Below the pieces are notes generated by a model. That model searched no databases, was not told where the DNA came from, and was given only the letters and a program-made list of their open reading frames with translations. The position numbers were made by a program, and so were the translations under genes. Source: Octopus bimaculoides (taxonomy: Eukaryota). From it: a stretch of DNA of 64,000 nt. Positions 25,843 to 38,134 of this stretch are shown here, in pieces. The stretch covers positions 59,602,508 to 59,666,507 of the forward strand of contig NC_068983.1 of the NCBI RefSeq assembly GCF_001194135.2, written 5' to 3'. The stretch's first letter is position 1. Each line of letters begins with the position of its first letter.

Positions 25843-27198
25843 NNNNNNNNNNNNNNNNNNNNNNNNNNNNNNNNNNNNNNNNNNNNNNNNNNNNNNNNNN
25901 NNNNNNNNNNNNNNNNNNNNNNNNNNNNNNNNNNNNNNNNNNNNNNNNNNNNNNNNNNNNNNNNNNNNNNNNNNNNNNNNNNNNNNNNNNNNNNNNNNNN
26001 NNNNNNNNNNNNNNNNNNNNNNNNNNNNNNNNNNNNNNNNNNNNNNNNNNNNNNNNNNNNNNNNNNNNNNNNNNNNNNNNNNNNNNNNNNNNNNNNNNNN
26101 NNNNNNNNNNNNNNNNATATATATATATATATATATATATACATGGCAACCCTCAGTGCAATTTCTGTGCCCCTAATTCAAGCAATGGTAGAAAAAAAGA
26201 AAAACCATGATCAAGATGTCACACACTTTGATCAAACCACATGGTTGTAAATCAAACTAAACTTCTTAATCATGATGCGATGATGCCTGCATTGGAAAAG
26301 CAGCAACAGCAAAGCTATAAAATACGAGTTCACAGTGTAGCATTAATACATAATTATAGCTATCAATCCACTTCCTCTTCTGTCATGCATTACTATTCAT
26401 GAAATAATTTTATATCAAACAAGCTGCATCATACCTTTAATGACTCCACAGAAAAGTTATTTATGCTTCATAATCAAGAATAACTTTTAGCATTAACTCT
26501 AAGCCTTTAGATATAACTCTTTACTCAATGATTAACAAGAAAATTTTCAATCACTGTTACTAAACACTTTAGAGAATCAAAGTAGAATTTGAAACTATTC
26601 TGGAATCTAAATACCCACCATCTATAATCCATTAAACCAATGTAGGAGTGATGTATTTAATGTCTTGTTCTCCCCCAACTCCCTCTCTTTCTTCCTGTAT
26701 GTTTCTCTCTCATAGAATTCTATTTCTGTTTAATAGACACTTATCATTTCTGTGTTTAATTTTGCAAAAAACAACATTAAATAACAGTGTCATATCCTCA
26801 AATATCACACTGAAATTGCAAAAAAATATCTTTTCTGTAAAATTTCATAATTATTTCTCAAATATGGTCAATATATTTTTAGAACTAAGTACGGTTAAAA
26901 GAGAGGAGCATACTAAGAAATAATGCATAAAGCATCTGCTTAGTGTATTCAACCAACTTCATCATTATCATCATTGTTTTTACAACGACTTTTTCGTGTT
27001 TGTATGGATCAGATGTAATTTATTGAAACATTTTCTGTGCTTTGATGCCCTTCCTTTGCTTGTTTCCAAGCAAGTTGATATTTCCCACTGGCTATACATG
27101 TGTCCACAGGATATAAGAAATGAATGCCACCACTTGATGATAGTGACATTCATTCACAACTATCCCACAATGTCAAGGCAAGGAGACACAAGCATACA

Positions 27199-27244
<46 letters not shown>

Positions 27245-27245
<1 letters not shown>

Positions 27246-27408
27246 GAGATGTATTTATTTCAGTTTCAGTCCACCTAGTCCACCACTCACAAGGCTTTGG
27301 TCAACCCAAGGCTATAATAGAAGACACTTGCCCAAGGTGCCACATGGTGAGACTGAGCCAAGAACCATATGGTTGAGAAGCAAACTTCTTAACCACCTAG
27401 CCATGACA
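27245..27408 (-). mobile_element. SINE family A 5' half
   Basis: CCACTCACAAGGCTTTGGTC...GACACTTGCCCAAGGTGCCAC...AAGCAAACTTCTT. Confidence 0.8.
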
Positions 27409-27871
27409 ACCATAAAGATAAATTACAGAAATATCTCTTAGAGGCTAAATTAAGACATTTATAAGAAAATAAAAAATTGAATTTGTCATTCATTTCAATG
27501 TTCAATGTATTATTCAGTCACATCACTTAAATTGTTATTTTCTTACTGTATATACAATCATAAATTATTGCTTTATAATACACCAAACACCTAACATCTA
27601 AGATATGAATTAATAGCTGACTGCAGCTATTAAATAATATCAAAAAAATAAGCAGCATTTAATTTTACTTGCTCAGGAGTGTCACATCTAAGGGTCTCAT
27701 ATAGAGAAATGTATTTTATATATAATGCTTCATGCTAATATAATGGAAATAAAATGGTCAAGTACAAGAAACCACACCCTTTCAGCTTTATTCATTGTCT
27801 GTTATAGAATCATTAAATTTTATTATTTTGCTTTAATAAACTCTTTAAATTCTTTTTCTAAATTCTTATTG

Positions 27872-27965
27872 CTAATAATTTCTTTCTTTTTTTCTTTTTG
27901 CAGGTAAGTGTACCATTTTACTTTAAATTGAATTGCTATGAGCACGTATCTAAATTCAGGTAAGA
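27872..27965 (+). other. Candidate recursive splice site (3'ss immediately regenerating a 5'ss) with 56-nt RS-exon
   Basis: Branch motif CTAAT 27872-27876, pyrimidine run 27879-27899, CAG 27901-27903, GTAAGT 27904-27909, second donor CAG|GTAAGA with GT at 27960. No AG between 27808 and 27901. Confidence 0.6.
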
Positions 27966-28799
27966 TATGCATGCACTAACAGAAAACATTTTGTACCAAT
28001 AGCATAACACTGAGATACCTAAATCTAGCATTCTGTCCTTTTTCTTATTTTATCATTTATTCTAGATGGCATCAGATACTTTATACATCTTTGACTTATG
28101 GTATAGCCCTTAGACTCTTGATGGTGATGATTATCATAATTTAATGTTTAGCTTCCAAGCTGGTATGGGTGGATAATTTGACAGGATGTGACAAGCTGGG
28201 GGACTGTGTCTACTTTGACATGGCTTCTACAGCTGGATGCCTTTCCTAACACTAGTCACTTTACTGAGTGTACAGAGTGCTCTTACTTAATTGTAATGGC
28301 TTAAGTAATTCTAAATCTGAACTCAAGTGCCATCTAAGCAAATGATTTTCAAACAATTTTCCTGTTAATAATGAAAGTATTTTTGCCATTCAATTTCATA
28401 AATTTACTGACAATAATGTACAAGTACATTATTTTGCTAACATATTTTTCTTGATTTTCGACACTTTTGCTCCATCTGTGTACAAGCTTTTTAATTCCAA
28501 TGAAGCCATAACTGTTTATGAGCTATGTATGCACTGCTTCCTTCGTACTTAGACTGTGGATATTTTCAAAATGTTTTCTAGTTGTATTCAGGTGTTGTAA
28601 TTTAATTTCTGAATCATTATATACATTTCAGTTTTTAAGCCCTCCATTTTCTATAGCAATACATATATTTTTGTTCGGTTCATATGTGAGGCGAAATTAT
28701 TCAAGAACTACCTTCAATATATTGTATGCAGTGTATGTGAACAAAGATTGCTTTGTTAATTCAAGTCGACTGAAATAAGAAATAACAGAGGAAATTCAG

Positions 28800-28960
28800 A
28801 GATGATGACTAACAGCATCACAAAGAAACTGTTGGATGTAGCAGTTAATTTCAGTTATCTTTTTGACAGAATTAGTTCTGAAAGTGAAGTTTGTGAAAGC
28901 ATACTGTCTAGGATACAAAATATCCACAAGAAATTTAGGAAACTGACCACCTGTTTTTAA
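28800..28960 (+). mobile_element. Decayed RTE LINE RT fragment
   Basis: KKLLDVAVNFSYLFDRISSESEVCESILSRIQNIHKKFRKLTTCF resembles the LEVVDSF.YLGD.VSS....AW.KFR.L region seen in the other RTE copies. Confidence 0.6.
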
Positions 28961-30401
28961 CAAAAGGACTATCTCTCTCCCCATCTCCCATACTCTTGTT
29001 CTCTCATTCTCTCTCTAGCTGATTTATTCATTCATACACACACACGCAAAGAAATTATCCATTTGTCATAATTGCAATGCTGCATAGCAGTAATACTTGA
29101 GCAATAAAGGCAGGGAACATGCAATGATTGAAGAGGAATGAGTTTAGTATGATTTATTAGGTTTTCAATATGAATTTGTTTGACAGATTGAATTAATATG
29201 AGTGAGACAGCTTTTGGTTATCAAAAGTGTTGGTTAATGTATTCAAAAGTGAAGATGAGATTCTTCTATCATAGTATGGAATATGAAAGTAGACCTGTTC
29301 CACATTAGCTGTTCTGGAAAATTTGATGCTAAATCTTTGTTGATGATCATTATATGATTATAGCAACATTGTGATAGCAATAAAAATTCTTTCTAATTAT
29401 GGCACAAGACCAGCAAATATAGTTGGAGGGGTGTAGTCAATTACATCAACCCCAGTACTTGACTGGTACTTTATTTAGCACTATCTATTATATTTATCTA
29501 TGAAAGGTGAGGGGGGTTGTATAATAATTTGATTCATTTGAAAACAGGAATCCTAAAACAAGAAAATTACAAATTTACCCTTGACATGACAATAAAGAAA
29601 ATTAATTGTGATTTTTTTTTCATGTAAAAATGCAAAAAATTTAGTTTGGAATAGTAATATTTTGTTTGTTAGAATTATATGACTAGAAGTTTCTGTTTTA
29701 CTTTTCTTCCAAGAAATGTTTTCACTTATATTTATACGTTTTTCAATTTGTATTCTTTTGAATTTTCCTCCTGACAGATGTATACCATACCTCAAGGTTG
29801 AGTGAAGCCTTGCAAGTAAAATTGGGTGAACAGAAACACTGTGAAAGCCCAGATGATGAATTGTATTTGCTTTTCAATTAATCATTTGATTTAGTACTAC
29901 CATCTGCCTCACTAGGGTACCTTTAGTAGAGTCCACTCTGTTGCAAGTATATTGGACAGGCCTCTTACTTTCAGATAATTTGATACCTTGATGCACTTCT
30001 TCATAATGTAGCTGCTCATAATTGATGCTCTCTTTCTCCCTCCCCACCCCTACCAGACTCAGAGATCTTACAAAGTTCAAAGCTACATTTCTTGCTTCCT
30101 CTGATTAAACTTTATAAAAGAAAATTGGATCTATTAAATGCTACATATTCAGTAAGGATTCAAATCTGTTTTTACTTTTCACCAAATTTTTATTCCAATG
30201 GTATTTCTTTTTCTGGTTTTGTTTTTCACTTACTGTTTAAAGCTGTTATTAACATCACATGGTCAGCTTCATTGATTATTTATAATCTCTACTGTGGCTT
30301 CCTGTCACTTACAAAAACTTAATCAATGACAGAAGAATAGATATGAAAAATAATGTTTTGTTGTTCTTGTAGTTTTGTGCTCGTTATTTTTTTTTATAAA
30401 G

Positions 30402-30419
30402 AAGAAATTATTGAAAACT
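30402..30419 (+). other. Candidate 18-nt (or 15-nt via NAGNAG) microexon
   Basis: U-tract plus AAG|AAG acceptor pair, exon AAGAAATTATTGAAAACT, donor GTGAGT at 30420-30425, TGC upstream of the tract. Confidence 0.3.
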
Positions 30420-32324
30420 GTGAGTGCTCAGGATCAGCCTGGATGAACTCATGCATTTATGGCATGAGATATTTGCCAAATACCATTAATGTAGACATTT
30501 TCCCACAAGTAGTATTTCCTTTCTCTATACATTTTTTAAAAAATTTACTATTCTAAGAACTAGAGCAATTATAGGCTTATTTATAACAAAATGAAAGCTA
30601 TATTGATCTTCAGTGTTGCAAAATTTCTGTCTCAGTGAAAAAAAGGACATGTCTGTTTGGATTTATTTATAATAGTAATAAATGAAATCAGACAGAAGGT
30701 TTTGTGACTGAACAGTTTTTCATTTTCTGTTAATATTCTCATGTTTCCACGAAGCAAAAAGTGAAATATCTGTGAAAAAAAGTGCACAAGTAGTTTGCTG
30801 AACACATGACAAATAGAGATGTTCATGGTTTTTCAAACTCACTTAGAATGTGTGTTGCTATTTTTATTGCAGTTAGTTCTGGGTCAACTCAGATACAGTA
30901 GACCTATGATCGAATATACTTGCAGTTCTTTACTAGTTGGGCCATGTGGGCACTTGTACATCAACCCTTGTATTCTGTCATGATTTAGTGATGGGAAAGA
31001 GCCATAATGTTTTCAGGGAGACACTAGATATCAGTGAAAATCAACTGAATAATCTATTCTTGAGTCTTTTCAACCTGTAGACTATAGACACTCTCAAGAA
31101 ATCCCCCCCAAACCCAGTTGTGTTATTATGGTGCATTGCTGAACTTTACAAACATGACAGTCCTATCAACCTGGACTAACCATGATGCCTTCTTGACAAT
31201 ACTGTTCTGTATGTAATCATTCTGTGTCTCAGTATTACTGGTTTCTAGAGTTTGTCAAACATTCATTGCCATGCAGAATACATCAAGCTATCAGCCAAAT
31301 TCATCATGAAGATTATCTAGATAAAAATCATGAACTTCAGACATCTTCAAATAAACATAACATTTTACAGAAAAGAGCTTTTGACCCAATTCTATTTTTC
31401 TTTTTTTAAAGATTGGAAACTTCAGCTTCTTTCAGAAACAATCAACTTCAATGACAGATCTCGACCTTCAATTTTACTTATTCCCACCCTAGTGTATCTT
31501 GCTACCTTCCTTTGACTATAAAGGTCAGTAGTCTTTCTTTGCCTTGTGGCTACAGCAAAAAAAGATAATATAGCAGACAATATCGAAGGGATTGAAAACA
31601 AGCACTTTCTTCTTCAACAAAGCCGGCATCAGTCTCCGTTGGTTCTACTGATGCTTTCCTGTGAATTTACTGAAAGAGGGCAAGAATAGCCTGCAGTAAA
31701 TGGGCCTACTCTTATGATGTGCCTGTGGGCTGAAGAATGCAGCTGGGAGAGGAGACTTACCCTTGGTTAGTCAGGGTAACTCTGGATCTGTGAGATTCTT
31801 TGATTGATCTCTAATGGTTGTCTCCCAAATGAGACATTTGCTTTCTCTCTTTTTGTACATAACTGTTTCAAAGCCTGTTTCCACCCCACCCCACTACTGT
31901 TTTTTTCTATTTCATAATCAGTTCTGCAAAACCTCCTAAAGCCTTTTGTTATTTGTCCTCGGTTTGACTTTGTGGCAAATAAAAAAACTATTGTTGTTGT
32001 TGTTGGTGCTGCTGTTAGCACCTGCATTATATCGTTATTCATGTTAAGATCCCCATTACCTTTATGATTACCATTAATCGATATCAGCTCTGCTTTCATC
32101 CTATTACTCATGGTCTCTTCCACCTTAATTACTCCCATAACACTACTTCTGAACATTGCTTTATATAAGTATAAATATTAGTTTTATTACTGTTGTAATG
32201 CAACTAGTGCTGATAGTCCCTCCTCTAAGCTTTTGTATCATTATGCCCAGGCCACATTTATAAATATCAATCAAACTAGAAAGATTAGCTTGCACACTCA
32301 TAATATGAGCATACTATACATATG

Positions 32325-32378
<54 letters not shown>

Positions 32379-32648
32379 TGTGTGCATGTGCGTATGTGTG
32401 TGTGTGTGACATACTCAATTGCTCATGCTAATTCAACGAGCAAGTTATTTAGTTGATTGAACAACTTTATACTCATGGTTGGAAATTCTGAGAGCCACCT
32501 CTTTTATATATACATACCTACATGCATTTATAAATCTATGCAGAAGTGTGCTTATATAATATCCATCAACCCATCCATACAAACATACATACATATATGC
32601 ATACATACATACATACATACATACATACATACATACATACATACATAC

Positions 32649-33293
32649 AGGGCCCTAGGATATGTAACACACTGCCTAAATATCAATCTTGAGAAATTAG
32701 GCTTCTCCATACCAGAAAGAAGAAAGTTAATTCGAAGACTACAGATCCAATCCATCATTGCAACTGTAAGAATCTGTAAAACTTTCCAGAAGTTTATCAT
32801 TTAAATATATATGAGCATGTCTAGATATGCAATTATGTGCATGAGAATACATACATAAAACATACAAATCTGCACATACATACAAAAATACCTTGTTGTT
32901 GATGTTGAAATTCCAGTGAAGGAGCCTTGGATCTAGGTTAGAAACCTGTTCTTTCTCTATTGGCAAGAAATCTTGAAATAAACTGAATAGTGACATACAT
33001 ACATTAGGCTTCTCAAAACCAGAAATGAAAAAGTTAATTTGAAGACTACAGATCCAATCCAGCACTGGAACTGTAAGAACCTGTAAAACTTTCCAGAAGT
33101 TTATCATTTAAACATATATGAGCATGTCTAGATATGTAACTATATGCATGAGAATACATACATAAAACATAGATACATACAAACAAAAACACCCTGTTGT
33201 TGATGTTGTAATTCCAGTGGAGGAACCTTTGATCTAGGCTAGAAACCAGTTCTTTCTCTATTGGCAAGAAATCTTGAAATGAACTGAATAATG
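32649..33293 (+). mobile_element. Two head-to-tail 5'-truncated RLE-type (R4-like) retrotransposon 3' ends within (CATA)n
   Basis: Unit 1 (32649-32993) encodes ALGYVTHCLNINLEKLGFSIPERRKLIRRLQIQSIIATVRICKTFQKFII*. Unit 2 (33005-33293) starts at LGFS. Both share the 3' UTR and end in GACATACAT. Confidence 0.78.
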
Positions 33294-34747
33294 ACATACA
33301 TACATGCATGCATACATTATTACATGCATGCATACGTTATTACATGGATGCATACATATGTACGTAAATTATATATAATTATGTATAAACATAATTTAAC
33401 ATGAAACTGAAACATTACTCCATAGTTTTCAGTTGAGTACATGTCTATTATATTTTTACAAGGGAAAGGTCAACTGTAATTTCAAAGTTTCAGTTTGTTT
33501 GCCTTCATCAGATTGTTACATAAATTTGTGTCTATGTATGTGTGTGTGTGTGTGTGCATTGAGCGTGTGTGTGTGTGTGTGTGTGTGTTTGTGTGTGTGT
33601 GCATGTGTGTGTGTTTCTATGTTTGCATGCATAAACAGTGGTTGCAGTGAGAATTAGTAGACCACATTGATTCCAATACATATTTAACTTCAGCACATAT
33701 TAATCAATCTCTATTTGTCAAACTGCTAAATTACAGTAGATAGAAGAACTTGACATAAACAATGTCTTTGCCTTCGTTGTTTTTATCCTTTTTAATATTT
33801 CATTGGAGTTTTTGTTTTGCAATGTTGATTTAATTGTTGTGTTCTGAAGTAAACTAAAAACCTTAAGATCAGATTTTGGTTGTTTTATGTCTTTCTAAAA
33901 GCTAAGCTTCACAATTGTTTAAACATTGAAGTACTTCAATCATGCAATTGATTTTTCTGTAAGTTGTTGAACTTCAGGTTATAACCTAATTGAGCAGGTG
34001 TTTCAGACGTGACTACCCCATCTCTTTTTAACATACAAAGTCTGGGATTGCATAATCCAGTATTTCTTTACTTTATAGACTTTAAAGGTTCTTTACTTTA
34101 TAGGTTCAATATGAGAGATTATCAAATATGTCTTTTGTATTGAGATAATGTAGTTTGAGGAAGATTTGGCTGTTATTTCTAACAGGTCTCACAGTTATGT
34201 AGAGACTCATAACGTTGGAAGTATTTAAAACAACTTTCTATATTTAATTAACATTGATCTTTCCAGCATTTAGTACTATTATTCTTACAAAACAATATAT
34301 TTACTGTTGTTTAACTCAGTTACACCTGCCAAACTACACCCTCTTATGTAATTTATATATTTTTTCCTATTATATTTACTAAATTTCTCAAAAACAAGTT
34401 TTCCTGTTTTCATTTGTTTTGTTTTTCTTCCTAATCTAATTCTGTATGGAAGCTTTTACATTTTCAAGCTTTTGCTTTCATCTTGGCGTAAATAAAAACA
34501 ATAGTCAATAACATGTAAAAATTAATTGAGATAATTTGAAAGCATTTTGTTTTAGAACCAGTTCAATGTATCTTTTACTCAGCAAGTAAAGGGAAGAACT
34601 TGAAACAAATAATTGAGTACAAATGTTTTAAAATGTCACATATTATTACTACTGCACTAACCCTATTAATCTATTAATGATGAGAAATTTTTCATACACA
34701 TAAATAAGAGGTAAAAGACACATACATGCACACACACACACACACGC

Positions 34748-34791
<44 letters not shown>

Positions 34792-35397
34792 ACTCACACA
34801 CAACATAAAAATATAAAGCAGACACAGAAAGCAAAATGACTTTAGCGTCAATTTAGACAATTACATTGATTATAACTTATTTGATTTCTTAATTAATCAT
34901 TGCTTGAAATCATACAATTAACACACTTGATGAATGTTTTTATGCCATTACTATTATATATATCTTTTTATAAAATCTGTTTAATATGCATCATAGCATC
35001 CTAAAGACATTACCAAACCAAACAATCAACAAACAATTCATATCAACAATATCATTATGGTAATTTACTGAGAAAAGTTTTGCCAGACTTAAAGTTTCTG
35101 TGAGTTTCAGAAATTTCTGAAGAAATACCAATACTGCTCATGTTTTAATTGTATACAGAGAAGAGAAAAGGACTTCAATATCAGTAATTTTGCTCTTACT
35201 TGTTTCGGTCATTGGAGTGTAATCATGCTGGAGCATTGCTTTAAAGGGTTTAGTTAGTCATACAAATCAACTTCAGTACTTGTTATTTAGTGCTTACTGT
35301 GTTAGTTTCTTTTTTGCCTACAAGAATGTAAACAAAGCAACAGTTGTTGTCAAACAGTGAAGCGACAAACAGAGACACACATAGTCACATACATACT

Positions 35398-35445
<48 letters not shown>

Positions 35446-35469
35446 AGCCAAGTGAGACCTAAATCCAAG

Positions 35470-35990
35470 GCCTCTGCCAGGATGTGTACCTTCCTACGTT
35501 GGACAATAAACTCCGCTTGCGAAGACCTGTTGAGGCACGTGAAATCGAACTAATTTCGACGGATGGCACCCATGCCAACGTCGTCTCCTTCATTGGAAAC
35601 AGAAACTCGGGTTGCAAAGACCTGTTGAGGCAAGCGAAAGTGGAATTGTGATGGCACCGGTGCCCTGGCACTTGTGCCAGTGGCACGTGTAAGGACATTC
35701 GAGCAAGATCGTTGCCAGTGCCGCTGGACTGGCTCCCATGCAGGTGGCATGTAAAAGACACCATTTTGAGTGTGGCTGTTGCCAGTACCACCTAACTGGC
35801 TCTTGTGCTGGTGGCACATAAAGCACCCACTACACTCTCGAAGTGGTTGGCATTAGGAAGGGCATCCAGCTGTAGAAACTCTGCCAAATCAAATTGGAGC
35901 CTGGTGTAACCACCTGGTTCATCAGTCCTCAGTCAAATCGTCCAATCCATGCTAGCATGGAAAGCAGATGTTAAACGATGATGATGATGA
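35470..35990 (+). mobile_element. Family C retroposon / RTE 3' tail with three internal units
   Basis: GCAAGCGAAAGTG...GTGGCACGTGTAAGG...GGAAAGCAGATGTTAAAC(GAT)n. Confidence 0.87.
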
Positions 35991-36002
35991 CATGCATATA
36001 TA

Positions 36003-36155
36003 TCATCATCATCATCATCATCATCGTTTAACGTCCGCTTTCCATGCTAGCATGGGTTGGACGATTTGACTGAGGACTGGTGAAACCGGATGGCAACACC
36101 AGGCTCCAATCTAATTTGGCAGAGTTTCTACAGCTGGATGCCCTTCCTAACGCCA
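36003..36155 (-). mobile_element. Family C retroposon in tail-to-tail inverted orientation to the previous copy
   Basis: Reverse complement of 35848-35990, separated by a 12-nt spacer. Confidence 0.9.
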
Positions 36156-36678
36156 GAGATGGTATCAAAAAGTTTCTGGACTAGTTTTGTAGCATGCCAT
36201 CAGATGGCAGCACACAGTTGAGTGCACTGTAAAAGCTAGCAGTGACCATCATGAGGTAGTGTGCAGAGTGACATCACTGTGTTTACCTAGCAAATTTCTA
36301 TGGTCATGTGTTTGCTGTAGTCAGCGATTTTGTCATAGACAGGAAGTTGGAACGAAGGGCCAGTGCAAAAATTTTGCATTAAACTTCGGAAGTCTGCTAC
36401 AGAGATATTGAGTATTCTTTGGCAAGCTTACAGCAACAAAGCAATGAGTTGTATGCAATGTTTCAAGTAGCACAGGTGCTCCAAAAGCAGAAGAACACCC
36501 CTGGAAGACAATAAGCGATCTGAAAGATCTACTACATGCGTCCCCCCACCCCAAAATGTGGAGAAAATTCATCAGCTTGTGCATGAGGATCGGAGGAGGA
36601 CAATCAATGACATTGATAATGTTGTTGGTCTGTTGTATGGGTCCATGCAAACAATCCTAACCCTAACTGAACATGCAG
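36156..36678 (+). mobile_element. 5' part of a second-lineage mariner-type transposon (TIR plus HTH region)
   Basis: Starts GAGATGGTATCAAAAAGTTTCTGGAC. Translation DRKLERRASAK/FCIKLRKSATE...LEDNKRSERSTT...ENV-like NVEKIHQLVHEDRRRTINDIDNVVGLLYGSMQTILT, with a stop and frameshift. Confidence 0.82.
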
Positions 36679-36807
36679 CATGTATATATATATATATATA
36701 TGTATGTATATAAATATATATATATATATATATATCATATAAAAATATATAAATATATATCATATATAAATATATATATCATATATATATATATTCTCTT
36801 TTACTAT

Positions 36808-36965
36808 CTCCTCTCTTCACTCCTACTCACCTTCTCCCTTCATTGTTACCCCCTCCATCCACAACCTACCCTTACACATCCCAACCCTACCATCCCAATG
36901 CATCCCTATCCCACTGCCCCACCCCACCCTTACACCTCACTCCCACATGCCCCACCCCACCCCAT
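36808..36965 (-). other. G-run cluster (G-quadruplex potential on minus strand, C-rich on plus)
   Basis: Minus strand contains GGGTGGGGTGGGGCATGTGGG, GGGTGGGGTGGGGCAGTGGGATAGGG and GGGATGGTAGGGTTGGGATGTGTAAGGG. Confidence 0.55.
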
Positions 36966-37234
36966 CATGCCACACTGCACCACACATGTACATGTACATA
37001 TGTTTATGTATATGTGTTTGAATGTGTGTGTGTGTATATGTGTAAAACAGTCTTCCACACAGTTTCTATCTGCCAAATTCACTCACAAGGTATTGGTCAA
37101 TCCAGGGTTTTTGTAGAAGACATTTGCCCTAGGTGCTGCAGAATAGAATTGTACTTGAAGCCACATGGTTGCAAAAGCAATCTTTTCAATCATACTACCA
37201 TGCCTGCACCAATACACACACACATACACATGCA

Positions 37235-37279
<45 letters not shown>

Positions 37280-38134
37280 TTATGAGTGGTTTTACTTCCT
37301 GGAATACTTTGGCTGAATTAATCCACACCCTACTGTGATTTTCACAAAGAAGATAATTGCTCATTCCGTGCTTTGCGCTGTTAAGTCTCATTATGTCATC
37401 TGAAATGCTCATCTCTCTCTAAGATCAATAATACTGGTTACCTTTAATCACGCTCAAATCCAATTACTGGAAAGGAGAAATACAGTGAATTGAATCAACT
37501 TTGGTATGTACAGTATTATTTTATCAATCTCAGTAGAGAGAAATGCAAAGTTGCTCTGTCATTTGAACTAAAAACATTGATAAAACTAAATATTCTCAAG
37601 CATGTTTTGTGTTCTATTATCCCTACTCACTCATTAGTTTTTGTTGGTTGAAAATATCAGGAGTGTCAATACATTAAAGAAATCATTTGAAACTGACCAA
37701 CCTGGAAAAAGTACTTATCTATGAGCCATGTATTTTTCACTTTATCTTTTCTGGTATATACAGAAACTAAACTTAACCAGTCATACATAGAGATCAGATA
37801 AAATGAACTAAAGAAATTACACAAACCTATGAAACTAAGTTGCATAGAGCCAAATCAAACTGTTATCAAATGAATATTATATGTAACTGTCACCAAATGT
37901 GTGGAGTACTACTTTCTTTCATTTGTCCACTCATTTCATCATCATCATTTAACGTTTGTTGTCCATGCTGGCATGGGTTAGACAGTTTGACTAGGGCTTG
38001 TAAGCTAAGGGGCTGCACCAGACTCCATTCTGATTTGGCATGGTTTCTGCAGCTGGATGCTCTTTCTAACACCAACCACTCCAAAAGTGTAAGGTGTAAA
38101 ACCACTTTGAAAGTTTATATAAATATATGTATGT

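Noticed and set aside
29874-30080. 68-aa minus-strand ORF near a GAG|GTATGG donor at 29790
   Set aside because: An in-frame TGA separates the ORF from the donor, the acceptor is weak, and no homology is recognisable.
31120-31400. ALL(K)LYKHDSPI word resembling the Penelope RT GLPKxHK motif
   Set aside because: It needs a frameshift and no further motifs could be confirmed by eye.
31767-32156. 129-aa minus-strand ORF
   Set aside because: No recognisable domain or convincing splice sites. A GDLN-like word may be a very old LINE endonuclease remnant, but this is too weak to call.
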